Both the position numbers and the translations under genes were made by a program. From a virus (taxonomy: Duplodnaviria; Heunggongvirae; Uroviricota; Caudoviricetes): a DNA stretch of 64,000 nt. Location of the stretch: positions 1-64,000 of IMG/VR virus record IMGVR_UViG_3300031414_000001, one strand, 5' to 3'. Positions 8,031 to 17,192 of the stretch are shown piece by piece. Position 1 is the first letter of the stretch; each line of letters opens with the position of its first letter. The notes beneath the pieces were generated by a model that was given only the letters and a program-made list of their open reading frames with translations, ran no database searches and had not been told where the DNA came from.

Positions 8031-9302
8031 TTATTGGGCTTTCAGATGCAGGTCGATAGACGTATTCCAGATTAGACTACGAAGGAATTTATTTTCTTCT
8101 TTGCCTAAATCTTCAGGGCTGAACACTACAACATCTTTATCACCAATCAATGCGTGAATATATGCTAAATGTTCATCCAGTTCATCATCACCTTCGTACC
8201 AATCAGTAAGACGTTCTACGATTTGTGGTACAGATACTTCCTGCCATGTAGCAGAGAACTTTTGAGTTACAACGTGTTCATCTTCTTCCCACGGAGCAGC
8301 TAACGCACCAACGGCAGCAGCAACTTTATGTAAGAACACACTATCAGCCGCACGGTCATGCTCTTGTCCAGAAATCATAATTGGGCGATACATGAGATTA
8401 CGAGCTTGCATACGTTCATTGAAGTACATTGCTTCGAACTCAAGAGTACGAATAGCAGTTAAATCAATTTCAACAGCACGTTCAGGATTCTTTTCATTGA
8501 AGCCAGTTAATGCGTCAACAAACTCCCGATAAATGCTGCTAGTACTGTAAGCATAGTGCATCTTGTATGAATCACGATCAGAAAGACGCATTTCAGACAT
8601 ACGGTTACAACGATCATGCATTTGTTCTTCGGTCATTTTCCCGCTTTTCAGATCATCCTGATACATTGAATAGAACTCTTTAGCAATAATTGCTTTTTCG
8701 ATTTCTAAATCACGTGTCAGTTCTTTTTGTAAAGAAATCTGGAAATTACGATTTTCATATGGATGGAAATCACTACGATAATCCATACCATCTGGATAAC
8801 CAACATATACTTCATGATCTTCAGCCAGCATCAGTTGGTATACACTTTCGTGAATAGCCATGATACCTAGATACGGAGTATTGTAGTTACCATAACCACG
8901 AAGCCAGAAGCATTCACGGTGATGCATATCGAATACCATAGGCCATGTAAGATCAGACGCTGGAATATCCAGGAAATCTTCTTCCCAACCACGATACTCT
9001 TTACCTTCTTCGCGAGTCTGCATGAGATAGTTCTGACGCAGTTTCATCATAATGAAACGTGCTTCAAGACTTTCTTCGTCAACTGTATAGTCGTCGTAGT
9101 CAGCGTACTTCGCTTTCAGTGGGAATCCACCAATAACCTGAAAATCATCCCAGGGATAACACTGACAGCCATGAGCTAAGCCAGTTTTCTTTACGTCTTT
9201 CTCAATGTAAAGCTTATTTGATGCTAAAAGAAAAAGGCGAACTTCGTCACCTTCAAGAATTGGCGTATTAGAAACCGCACAAGTGGTATTGAACGAACCC
9301 AT
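8031..9302 (-). CDS. Hypothetical protein (423 aa)
   Basis: Long ORF starting MGSFNTTCAVS. Confidence 0.85.
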   Translation of the reverse strand: MGSFNTTCAVSNTPILEGDEVRLFLLASNKLYIEKDVKKTGLAHGCQCYPWDDFQVIGGFPLKAKYADYDDYTVDEESLEARFIMMKLRQNYLMQTREEGKEYRGWEEDFLDIPASDLTWPMVFDMHHRECFWLRGYGNYNTPYLGIMAIHESVYQLMLAEDHEVYVGYPDGMDYRSDFHPYENRNFQISLQKELTRDLEIEKAIIAKEFYSMYQDDLKSGKMTEEQMHDRCNRMSEMRLSDRDSYKMHYAYSTSSIYREFVDALTGFNEKNPERAVEIDLTAIRTLEFEAMYFNERMQARNLMYRPIMISGQEHDRAADSVFLHKVAAAVGALAAPWEEDEHVVTQKFSATWQEVSVPQIVERLTDWYEGDDELDEHLAYIHALIGDKDVVVFSPEDLGKEENKFLRSLIWNTSIDLHLKAQ

Positions 9303-9307
9303 TAAAG

Positions 9308-10126
9308 TTAACCTTCATAGTAGGCTTGAACAGTACTGAACAACTTCATGGTATCCATGTGATAAAGTCCAGAACAGTTCCAGCAGTTATATTCAACAAT
9401 CTTAATGCCATTCGGCGTTTCAGCCAAATCCATAGTATAGAACTGAGCAGGAATATACAGTTCAGCATATTCATGAGCAGCAGCTAATACATTTTCAGGG
9501 ATTTCAGAACTGTAAACAGTACTGTTATTCCGGCGATACTGCGATCCGCTAATTGGTTCACCATTCTTACAGATGAAACGATATTCAGCGTCAATTTGAA
9601 CAACATCGTTTACCAGTACTGTTTCTTCCTGATAGTTTTCACGATGATAGTTCGATTCGATGAAGTATTTCAGTACTTCACCAGCTTCCATAACTCCAGC
9701 CGTAAATGCTTTAAGGTCTGAGCTTGGTTTTACAAATTTATCAACCCCAAAGGAAGCGAATAAATCACGTTCTTCTTTGAGATTCAAAAACTCAGGCGTT
9801 CCGTTCAACAATGGTAATCCTAAAGTTGAATAAAACGCCTGGTCGAAATTACGAATGTCATAGGACAAGCCCTGACGCATTTTGGCAATCAGTTCAGGTG
9901 ATAGATTATCAGAAGTACCAGACTCCAGAATTTCTACCATCTTAGTACCGCCACGCATGATGAATGTATCATTCACATCCAAATCATCTAAGCCAGTAAT
10001 AGTCTTAGTGAAAGGAATAATACCGAATGGTACAATTTCATACCCCAATTTCTGTAGAGGAATAAATTCATCTTCCAGAGCTTGGAACATACGAGCAGTA
10101 TCTTGTACTAACCATTTAATAGCCAT
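9308..10126 (-). CDS. ATP-grasp domain protein (DUF4343/R2K-like), paralogue of 1455..2249
   Basis: FVKPSSDLKAF, EYRFIC, YTMDLAE, IVEYNCWNCSGLY. Confidence 0.8.
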   Translation of the reverse strand: MAIKWLVQDTARMFQALEDEFIPLQKLGYEIVPFGIIPFTKTITGLDDLDVNDTFIMRGGTKMVEILESGTSDNLSPELIAKMRQGLSYDIRNFDQAFYSTLGLPLLNGTPEFLNLKEERDLFASFGVDKFVKPSSDLKAFTAGVMEAGEVLKYFIESNYHRENYQEETVLVNDVVQIDAEYRFICKNGEPISGSQYRRNNSTVYSSEIPENVLAAAHEYAELYIPAQFYTMDLAETPNGIKIVEYNCWNCSGLYHMDTMKLFSTVQAYYEG

Positions 10127-10137
10127 ATATGCCTCAA

Positions 10138-10455
10138 TTAGCCATTACAGAAAAACACACCAATGCTGGATTCTTTATAATCCACAGGAAGATGCTGTTT
10201 GATGATTTCAGTGTAGTTGATACCAGTACTAACTGGTTCATCTTCATCATCGAATTCTTCTTCAAAGTCTTCGTTCAGATACAACGGAGAATTCAAATCG
10301 AAAACGGCAGTGAAATCACCGTCGCAATAATCATACATGTTTTCAACTGCCAAACAATGATTGACTAACGCATGTTGTACATCTTCTGGAAGAACTGAAC
10401 CATCAATTTTGAATGGAGCAGGTTGTACCCAAGGCTTAACTTTAGCTATTGTCAT
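10138..10455 (-). CDS. Hypothetical acidic protein
   Basis: 105 aa with RBS. Confidence 0.7.
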   Translation of the reverse strand: MTIAKVKPWVQPAPFKIDGSVLPEDVQHALVNHCLAVENMYDYCDGDFTAVFDLNSPLYLNEDFEEEFDDEDEPVSTGINYTEIIKQHLPVDYKESSIGVFFCNG

Positions 10456-10482
10456 TTGATTTTCTCACATATGTTAAATGTG

Positions 10483-10569
10483 CGGAAGGTGAGGGATTCG
10501 AACCCTCAAGCCGATTCACACCGACCGACGGATTAGCAATCCGCTCCAATACCGTTATGGGAACCTTCC
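10483..10569 (-). tRNA. tRNA-Ser(GCT)
   Basis: GGAAGGT/ACCTTCC acceptor, loop TTGCTAA, long variable arm, GAGGG-TTCGAAT-CCCTC, G discriminator; CCA not encoded. Confidence 0.95.
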
Positions 10570-10579
10570 AATACTTACA

Positions 10580-11023
10580 TTATAGCACAACTTTCTGAAT
10601 CGTTTCATCTTTTTTCAAGATTTTTATCAGTTCATTGTGTAAGTTATACAAAATGTTCAATACTTCACGAGAGATATTGAATTTAATCAGTGCTTCATCA
10701 GTAACATCTGATAAAGTTGGGAACATCACCAAGCAGTCATCTTCAAGTAAACGTTCGTTACTGAAGAATTGTACCGCACCGTCAGGATCATTACTAGTGA
10801 AAATGACGTTCGATAATTTGGAATCCCAAATATCGAAGAAGTGAACATGATAATCATGTTTGCTCAGTGATACTGACGCAACAACATTATCTTCGCCCAA
10901 TTTCATAGTACTGCTAAAGCACATGTAATTACCACGAATCGGAGATGGATATTCATAGAATTCATCAAATGTGCGTTCCGCATTTTCGGCATCGAATGCT
11001 ACCAGTTTATTGTACTTGCTCAT
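10580..11023 (-). CDS. Hypothetical protein
   Basis: 147 aa, ATGA-coupled. Confidence 0.75.
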   Translation of the reverse strand: MSKYNKLVAFDAENAERTFDEFYEYPSPIRGNYMCFSSTMKLGEDNVVASVSLSKHDYHVHFFDIWDSKLSNVIFTSNDPDGAVQFFSNERLLEDDCLVMFPTLSDVTDEALIKFNISREVLNILYNLHNELIKILKKDETIQKVVL

Positions 11024-11343
11024 TGTAAACTCCGATAGTGAGTTAATATTGCGTTAACATCATCTTTGGTAATACCAAAGACTTCATCTTTATCACCACT
11101 TAAGAATACATGGTAATCAATAGATGCGATGGTTTCACGATTAAAAGGAATACCATGATGTGGATTAACCAGATTCATATTGAACTGTACTTTATCCAGC
11201 TTCATGTAGGTAGGGGTCACTTTTACTTCATATTCTGTAGTACTAATGACCAGTACATTATTAATGCCGTCATAACGTTCATAACGGTCAGTACCTAATA
11301 AGGCTTCAAAGGTTGAACTTAACATAGTTACTCTCCTGTACAT
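11020..11343 (-). CDS. Hypothetical protein
   Basis: ORF in a coupled array; start may be 11325. Confidence 0.7.
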   Translation of the reverse strand: MYRRVTMLSSTFEALLGTDRYERYDGINNVLVISTTEYEVKVTPTYMKLDKVQFNMNLVNPHHGIPFNRETIASIDYHVFLSGDKDEVFGITKDDVNAILTHYRSLQ

Positions 11344-11702
11344 AAGGTGTTGAAAACGTCTTTCAAGAATTCAATATCAGAGTACCGCAAAGAGCCAAAA
11401 TCATGAAGTGTACATAGTTGGAAAAACCATTCTTCAGTGATATTTGCATCAAGTTTCATTCTTTCTACTGTATCATCTCTGAGCCAGAATTTCAAGCCAT
11501 TTTTTGTAATTTTTATCGTATAATCATTGCCGCTCAGTGAGGCATAGGATAAACGAGGGATCACTGATCCTGTATTAACATTGACAATCTTATATTCACC
11601 ATCAAGAGTTATCTCGGATGAAAATAGTCCAGTTTCAGGATATTCAGTAATAAAAGAGTGCGTAGAAACGCACTCGTTGTTGTCAAGATATTCAGATAAC
11701 AT
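11328..11702 (-). CDS. Hypothetical protein
   Basis: ORF 11328..11726; likely start MLSEY coupled to the upstream stop. Confidence 0.7.
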   Translation of the reverse strand: MLSEYLDNNECVSTHSFITEYPETGLFSSEITLDGEYKIVNVNTGSVIPRLSYASLSGNDYTIKITKNGLKFWLRDDTVERMKLDANITEEWFFQLCTLHDFGSLRYSDIEFLKDVFNTLCTGE

Positions 11703-12046
11703 TACATTACTTCGTAGTGTGTCCAAAGACGCTGTTTCAACGCAGCTTCTTTCTGTTCTGGAGTACGGGTATCTTCAAGACGATTTACGGCATCTTTCAG
11801 TACTTCAACGTCCACCATAGTTTCCATATAATGCATATGATCTGTATAACCAAACATGTACTTAATTCCAGTCCAAATACGCTTATACCACGCTTGACGG
11901 ATTTCCATACATAAATTGATATTACACATACCTAAATGCTTATCGTCGTGTTCATCACCAGTATTGTATTGACCAATATGAATGGAATGCTCACGTGCGT
12001 CACCACAATGACAACGGACGATAATTACTTTGCTTTCAGAACTCAT
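11702..12046 (-). CDS. Hypothetical protein (CHC...H motif)
   Basis: AAGGAG RBS, 114 aa. Confidence 0.75.
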   Translation of the reverse strand: MSSESKVIIVRCHCGDAREHSIHIGQYNTGDEHDDKHLGMCNINLCMEIRQAWYKRIWTGIKYMFGYTDHMHYMETMVDVEVLKDAVNRLEDTRTPEQKEAALKQRLWTHYEVM

Positions 12047-12143
12047 AAAGTTCTCCTTAGTTATTTTACCGACATTATCGGTTTGTACTGCTGTTAACTC
12101 AGCTTAGTGTACAAACCGTACATCGGGATAGAACTAATAATCA

Positions 12144-12239
12144 TTATTGACCTCCATCACAATTACATAAATGCCTTGGGCCTAAACAATAAGGACACCA
12201 ACCATACGGTGCTTCTTCATTGATTTTATAGATAATCAT
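12144..12239 (-). CDS. Small Cys-rich peptide (31 aa)
   Basis: MIIYKINEEAPYGWCPYCLGPRHLCNCDGGQ; ATGA-coupled to the upstream stop; below the ORF-track cutoff. Confidence 0.5.
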   Translation of the reverse strand: MIIYKINEEAPYGWCPYCLGPRHLCNCDGGQ

Positions 12240-12550
12240 AGCAGAGGCATCAAAATGTCACCAATCAAATCTGGAAGATTGGTATAATCACTGAAACGAT
12301 ATTTATCGTTCAATGTAATACGCTGAAGATTATGTTCATCAAGAACAATATCAACTACCAGGTTTTGGTGATCAACATTCATTTGGCACATGGCTGAACG
12401 AATGGCTGACATAAACAATTCCTGACCAACTTCAAAGTAATGAAATTCGTCAGTACTACCATGTTCCTGTACAATCTTGTCAGCGATTTTCAGAATCGCA
12501 CCATCGTTGAAAGCGATTGGACAGTTCGGATTATACTTGATATGTATCAT
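12236..12550 (-). CDS. Hypothetical protein (paralogue of 12550..12888)
   Basis: Shared VG(Q/S)E....A.R.A(M/L) and C-terminal PD.....LM.L(L/F). Confidence 0.75.
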   Translation of the reverse strand: MIHIKYNPNCPIAFNDGAILKIADKIVQEHGSTDEFHYFEVGQELFMSAIRSAMCQMNVDHQNLVVDIVLDEHNLQRITLNDKYRFSDYTNLPDLIGDILMPLL

Positions 12551-12888
12551 TAGAATAAATCCATCAACATATGGGTCATATAGTCTGGATAGTCAAAGCG
12601 ACCTTCAAGACCATAGTCCAGGTTATAAGTTTCTTCCACGAGTACAGTAGTTTTTACTTCCTCACCATTAACAACAGCAGGAACTACGAACACGATTCGT
12701 GAAGGTGCGATCTGGTTCTGTTTCAACGCATAACGAAATGCGGTCAACAAGAATTCACTACCAACAGTAATGTCAAAACGATCTGTTTTAACCATTTTGT
12801 CGGCATAATCCATTGATGATTTGTCTGGAAGAACCTTACCCATAGTATCATCATAACGGATAATAAAATCAAACTGTTCGAGATTCAT
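12550..12888 (-). CDS. Hypothetical protein (paralogue of 12236..12550)
   Basis: See neighbour; RBS GAGGG. Confidence 0.75.
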   Translation of the reverse strand: MNLEQFDFIIRYDDTMGKVLPDKSSMDYADKMVKTDRFDITVGSEFLLTAFRYALKQNQIAPSRIVFVVPAVVNGEEVKTTVLVEETYNLDYGLEGRFDYPDYMTHMLMDLF

Positions 12889-12897
12889 AATACCCTC

Positions 12898-13356
12898 TTA
12901 GCAGTATTTTGGTGCTGGTGGTAAATCACCCAGGCGATCAGCCCAATAATGATATACAAAGATAAAGTTCCCTTCAGAATTCACTTTGTAAACATTATGA
13001 TAGTTCGGAAAACCAATACGAACATAACCGGATTTATGATCACGTTTAGCGAACATCTCTGCCAGGGCACGAGTTGGATACAGGTTATAGAAACGACGCT
13101 GTTTATCAACTTCATGTTTGTTCTCGAACAGTTTATTGAACAGAAGTCCAGTTTTATACTGTTCTTCGGTAATCTGTTCAGCACGATTGCGACGGCAATC
13201 CATATTGAATACCCAGCTATTGTTTTCTTCAAACAAAGAAATAGCTTCATCCAACAGATCTTCATCAGACATTGAGTATTCTTCTAATGCGAAGTACTCC
13301 CAAAAATCCCAACCATGACCGGATGCGTCAGTTTCATTAACACGAAAGTATTTCAT
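12898..13356 (-). CDS. Hypothetical protein
   Basis: 152 aa. Confidence 0.75.
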   Translation of the reverse strand: MKYFRVNETDASGHGWDFWEYFALEEYSMSDEDLLDEAISLFEENNSWVFNMDCRRNRAEQITEEQYKTGLLFNKLFENKHEVDKQRRFYNLYPTRALAEMFAKRDHKSGYVRIGFPNYHNVYKVNSEGNFIFVYHYWADRLGDLPPAPKYC

Positions 13357-13358
13357 AT

Positions 13359-13574
13359 TTAACCCTTCAGGAATCCAGTGATTCCACAGATAATTTGTGT
13401 AGCAACAAGTACTGCCCCGATTACATTACCATAGAATCCACCAATTGTATACATCAATGGCATTTGAAGCAATGGCATGAAGATACCTACTAATGTGAAC
13501 CCATTAGAACTAACACGCTCACGAAGCTGGCTATTAATGAATTTCCAATATAATCCGTACATACAGTACCCCAT
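13359..13574 (-). CDS. Small membrane protein
   Basis: Two hydrophobic segments. Confidence 0.6.
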   Translation of the reverse strand: MGYCMYGLYWKFINSQLRERVSSNGFTLVGIFMPLLQMPLMYTIGGFYGNVIGAVLVATQIICGITGFLKG

Positions 13575-13613
13575 CTCGATTAATATGTCCAGTACTAGTA
13601 CTGGACTTTTGTA

Positions 13614-13856
13614 TTACAGTTCAACCAGAGTTTCAGTCCAGTGAGTACCTTCCAGATCGAATGTACCAACTTCGTACATATCGTCACCGTTAGGATCTTC
13701 CCACCAGTCGAATTCAACGTCTGGATGTGGACGACCTTCAAAACCAATAGTTTTACCGGATTTGTCTGTCGCGATGAAGTTGATGTTCTCAGGAACATGG
13801 ACTTCAGTACCGTGATAGTTCACGGCTTTCATTTTCAGTAATTCGATTACTTTCAT
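13614..13856 (-). CDS. Hypothetical protein
   Basis: 80 aa; FIATDKSG...F...P phage motif. Confidence 0.75.
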   Translation of the reverse strand: MKVIELLKMKAVNYHGTEVHVPENINFIATDKSGKTIGFEGRPHPDVEFDWWEDPNGDDMYEVGTFDLEGTHWTETLVEL

Positions 13857-14662
13857 ACCTTACCACCTTTACGCCACTGATACCAGCCGTACACAGAGTT
13901 CATCCAGAATGTGATCCACATTGCCAGTATTGCGAAGCCCTGGGTTTGGTGATGCATCACTGCGATGACCCACATAATTACAGCTACCGTGTTTACCAGA
14001 ATCCAGATAAGCCACTGTTCAGCGAAACGCATAACCATCAATGTAGTTGCTACGATACTCAGAATAGCAGTTGCTGAATCAAGACCAGGTGTTGCCCCTT
14101 CGAGGTAACGGAGGAAAGCAGCATACGCAGCAATCGCAATACCCGTACCGACGAACAGAAGAACACGCTGTTTAGTACTCATGACTTTCATGATTACATC
14201 AGTATTCTCTACCTTGCTATTACGAATCCAGTAGTAATAACCAGAAACTTGCATCGGAAGGAATAACAGAGCATACGTGATAGTTTCACCGTACAACTTG
14301 TACTTATACGAGATAAGGATGTACAGGCCAGTGCCGACGAATCCCCAAACGTAAGAACTAATCTTACCTTTAGCGACCAGAATCGCACCCACAATACTCG
14401 TGAATGAACAGATGAATTCTACCCATCCACCACCCATTATTACTGATGTTGCCAGAATAATTGATGGAGCGATAAGCACCCACGCATATTCTTTGGCTGA
14501 CCAGCCGTAGAAGTCAGTTACGCAAGTACTTAATACCTGCGAGAATTTCAGATCAGTTTTCGCAATACGGAGTACATAGAAACCGCATACGAAGAACAGG
14601 AATGCTGCGTAACTCCACAATAGTTGTGGAGAGAGATTAAGACTCGTCACCAGTGTGTTCAT
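13853..14662 (-). CDS. pnuC: Nicotinamide riboside transporter PnuC
   Basis: Multi-TM; motifs LYGE, GYYYW, LDSATAILSIVA, EQWLIWILVN, GWYQW; start MNTLV at 14662; directly follows nadR. Confidence 0.9.
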   Translation of the reverse strand: MNTLVTSLNLSPQLLWSYAAFLFFVCGFYVLRIAKTDLKFSQVLSTCVTDFYGWSAKEYAWVLIAPSIILATSVIMGGGWVEFICSFTSIVGAILVAKGKISSYVWGFVGTGLYILISYKYKLYGETITYALLFLPMQVSGYYYWIRNSKVENTDVIMKVMSTKQRVLLFVGTGIAIAAYAAFLRYLEGATPGLDSATAILSIVATTLMVMRFAEQWLIWILVNTVAVIMWVIAVMHHQTQGFAILAMWITFWMNSVYGWYQWRKGGKV

Positions 14663-15704
14663 TGGTTGTTCCTTGAAGTAAGTTTTGAACCAGTTTGACT
14701 GCTGTTTTAAAACGTTCGTCATAGTCCGACCCGCTAATCAGGTGGTACTTGACACCATGTGCTTTACAGAGGAACTTCAACAAATCGTGCGTTTCACTGC
14801 GACGTTCTGGTGAATAGTTCAGTCTAAGTGGATCATACACCCAAGGTACGTCTATGTCAAGCATAATTACGAGATCATAGTCTTCGGCGTGTGCCATTTG
14901 GCTTAGTACTGTACTGGTTTTACCCATACATTCCGCTGCGAACAGAGTAATCAGATTGTTAGTATCGCTGAACATCACTTTGTTAGCGGTCTTAGCAACC
15001 TTGTGTTCTTTTACTTTATGCTCCATTGCGACGTATTCATAATCTTCGATATTCATCATATCTTCAGACCAATGATATTCATTTTCGCAAATGGTGCGAC
15101 CAACTTCTTCCACGTACTGAGTACTGAAATGATTGGCGAGGTTAATAGTTAAAGTACTTTTACCAGTACTCTCAACCCCAATGATACAAACCTTCTTAAC
15201 GAAGTGCTTGTGTGCTGCTGGTGCTATCTTATCCCAATGTTCATATGGGTTAGCACGTACACGTGTCGCACTAATATCCACGAATTCACGTGGAGGATCA
15301 ATGAGAACATGTTCTGAATTAGGCCAGTGCGTTGCGAAGTACTCATTGTACTCCGTTTCAGAACTGAATACCTTATCAATATCCGTATGACGGGTTTCGT
15401 GGAAGATTTCATTCAGTACTAGACCAGTGAAATCAGCACTACCATCTGGATAGGACTGAATAGGAGATTCATCTACCCACAACACGCGAATTTTTGACAT
15501 GTGCTTGAAAGTATCTTTCAGCCACATCAGGCGGTTGCGTTTAGTCATGATCTTTTGTAATTCAGGCGTCAATGTATTCTGGAACTTTTGATCCCAGCAC
15601 ATTACTACAAACAGTTCATCAACCATTGTAGCTGCTTTCTGAATTGCCGCGATATGTCCAGTTGTTAACGGTGCGAACTTACCAAAGAATAATCCACAAG
15701 ACAT
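14637..15704 (-). CDS. nadR: NadR-like NMN adenylyltransferase / ribosylnicotinamide kinase (no HTH domain)
   Basis: FGKFAPLTTGH, ISATRVR, Walker A GVESTGKST, EEVGR, WVYDPLR. Confidence 0.9.
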   Translation of the reverse strand: MSCGLFFGKFAPLTTGHIAAIQKAATMVDELFVVMCWDQKFQNTLTPELQKIMTKRNRLMWLKDTFKHMSKIRVLWVDESPIQSYPDGSADFTGLVLNEIFHETRHTDIDKVFSSETEYNEYFATHWPNSEHVLIDPPREFVDISATRVRANPYEHWDKIAPAAHKHFVKKVCIIGVESTGKSTLTINLANHFSTQYVEEVGRTICENEYHWSEDMMNIEDYEYVAMEHKVKEHKVAKTANKVMFSDTNNLITLFAAECMGKTSTVLSQMAHAEDYDLVIMLDIDVPWVYDPLRLNYSPERRSETHDLLKFLCKAHGVKYHLISGSDYDERFKTAVKLVQNLLQGTTNEHTGDES

Positions 15705-15715
15705 GTTATGTTCTC

Positions 15716-16075
15716 TTATAGTTTTGGAATCACACCATACGCTAACAAACCGCCGCGATTATCATCATCAGCGTCTTTGAAAATAACATCGGTGTTATCA
15801 ATACAGCGAACCGTCAATTCAGGATTAACAAAATGAAATAACCACAAAGGTATTAACATCATTTCACTGTTGCTACTCCATTTACGAAAACCCAATTCTT
15901 TCATTTCTTCAACATTCAAATCAGTTATGTCAAGATATGAAAACTCTGGATTCTCTTTAATTTTGGCTGATAACGCTCGCATACGGGTATAATCATGATT
16001 TGGATTCCACGATTCCACCATAGCAGTATCGGTAATCAGATCATGAATAACTTTACATTCGTCGAATGTACTCAT
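15716..16075 (-). CDS. Hypothetical protein
   Basis: 119 aa; LGFRKW...LIPLW...DDDNRGGLLAYG. Confidence 0.75.
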   Translation of the reverse strand: MSTFDECKVIHDLITDTAMVESWNPNHDYTRMRALSAKIKENPEFSYLDITDLNVEEMKELGFRKWSSNSEMMLIPLWLFHFVNPELTVRCIDNTDVIFKDADDDNRGGLLAYGVIPKL

Positions 16076-16318
16076 TTATTTCCCCAATACGGAAGTTTGA
16101 ACGTAGACTTTATGTTGACTACGTTTCTGTAGTGTTGCTTTGAATTCTTCACAAGCTTTATCAGCTTTGGCTTTATCGAAGTATACACCAATTACACCAT
16201 CTACATCATGATGTGAACTGCTGATACGCATAACACAATATACCGGAATTTCTACATCCGATGGATTTGCGTTAGCCAGGAGCTTGTTCAGTTCTAACAG
16301 CAAGTTAGGAGCACTCAT
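16076..16318 (-). CDS. Hypothetical protein
   Basis: 80 aa. Confidence 0.7.
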   Translation of the reverse strand: MSAPNLLLELNKLLANANPSDVEIPVYCVMRISSSHHDVDGVIGVYFDKAKADKACEEFKATLQKRSQHKVYVQTSVLGK

Positions 16319-16328
16319 AGTATTCCCC

Positions 16329-16634
16329 TTACTGGCATTCGTAAACTTGCGAAACGCGAGTTACGGACTTTTTGGTTGGATTAATTGATGAACCCTGATA
16401 CCAGCGTGATTCGGAACTCAATACGTTCCCTGGCTGGGCTTCAGCTTTAGGAATAACTGCGTCGAAGCAGGTTTCACCCATGCTATCTTTCACGTGGTTC
16501 CAGATGCTGAGAGAGAAGCGTTCCAGTTTATTACAAACCTGAACACGACAAAGTGGTTCCTGCTGGAAATCAGCATGAGCCTGAGTTGACAGTACTGCCA
16601 TAGCTACTAACGCAACAAGAATTACTTTTTTCAT
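16329..16634 (-). CDS. Secreted/periplasmic protein with signal peptide
   Basis: MKK-hydrophobic-AHA signal; four Cys. Confidence 0.75.
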   Translation of the reverse strand: MKKVILVALVAMAVLSTQAHADFQQEPLCRVQVCNKLERFSLSIWNHVKDSMGETCFDAVIPKAEAQPGNVLSSESRWYQGSSINPTKKSVTRVSQVYECQ

Positions 16635-16667
16635 CTTCGTTCACCTGTCTAATTAAAGTAGGCAATC

Positions 16668-16696
16668 ATTATCGCTGATTGCCTCATATTTGTCAA
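16668..16696 (-). promoter_or_regulatory. Sigma70-type early promoter
   Basis: TTGACA-N17-GATAAT; -10 lies within an inverted repeat. Confidence 0.7.
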
Positions 16697-16706
16697 GGAC
16701 TTTTTT

Positions 16707-16916
16707 TTAGTTAATTTCGAAATCCTGAACATCACCGTAAGTACGGTAAATGTCAGATAACTCATTACGAGTCATGTTAGGAAATTGAACTTGAAGAACG
16801 TTCAACGCTTCTTCTTCTGAACCAACGAAACCTTTACGGTCTAATCCACGAATCGCACGTTGTACGCATTCGAGTGGTTCATCAAAGCTGAAACTCTCAT
16901 TTTCTGGAGTTGACAT
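16707..16916 (-). CDS. Hypothetical protein
   Basis: 69 aa, GAGG RBS. Confidence 0.7.
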   Translation of the reverse strand: MSTPENESFSFDEPLECVQRAIRGLDRKGFVGSEEEALNVLQVQFPNMTRNELSDIYRTYGDVQDFEIN

Positions 16917-16919
16917 AAC

Positions 16920-17192
16920 TCACCTCGGAATGTATAGGTACTCATAAAACTGGACAGTACATCCTTCATAGAGTGGATTGTTTTGTAAAATCTGATCTAT
17001 GATTTGTGGATGCGAATTACACTGCCAGGCTTTTGAAGGCTTATAGCGAAGTACTGAACCTTCGTGAATAATCCAGTACCGCTTGAGATACACTATACTA
17101 CCATCGGTCGGTTCAGTCAAGGATTCAATAGGATATTTTTCAAATAATTCCTCATTAAATGCCATTTTATAAACCTCCGTTAGATATGACAA
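16920..17192 (-). CDS. Hypothetical protein
   Basis: ORF; start may be 17165 after GGAGG. Confidence 0.7.
   Translation of the reverse strand: MSYLTEVYKMAFNEELFEKYPIESLTEPTDGSIVYLKRYWIIHEGSVLRYKPSKAWQCNSHPQIIDQILQNNPLYEGCTVQFYEYLYIPR

Noticed and set aside
3445-10483. Missing CCA on tRNA-Thr and tRNA-Ser as a sign of pseudogenes
   Set aside because: The cloverleaves are intact, and CCA can be added after transcription.
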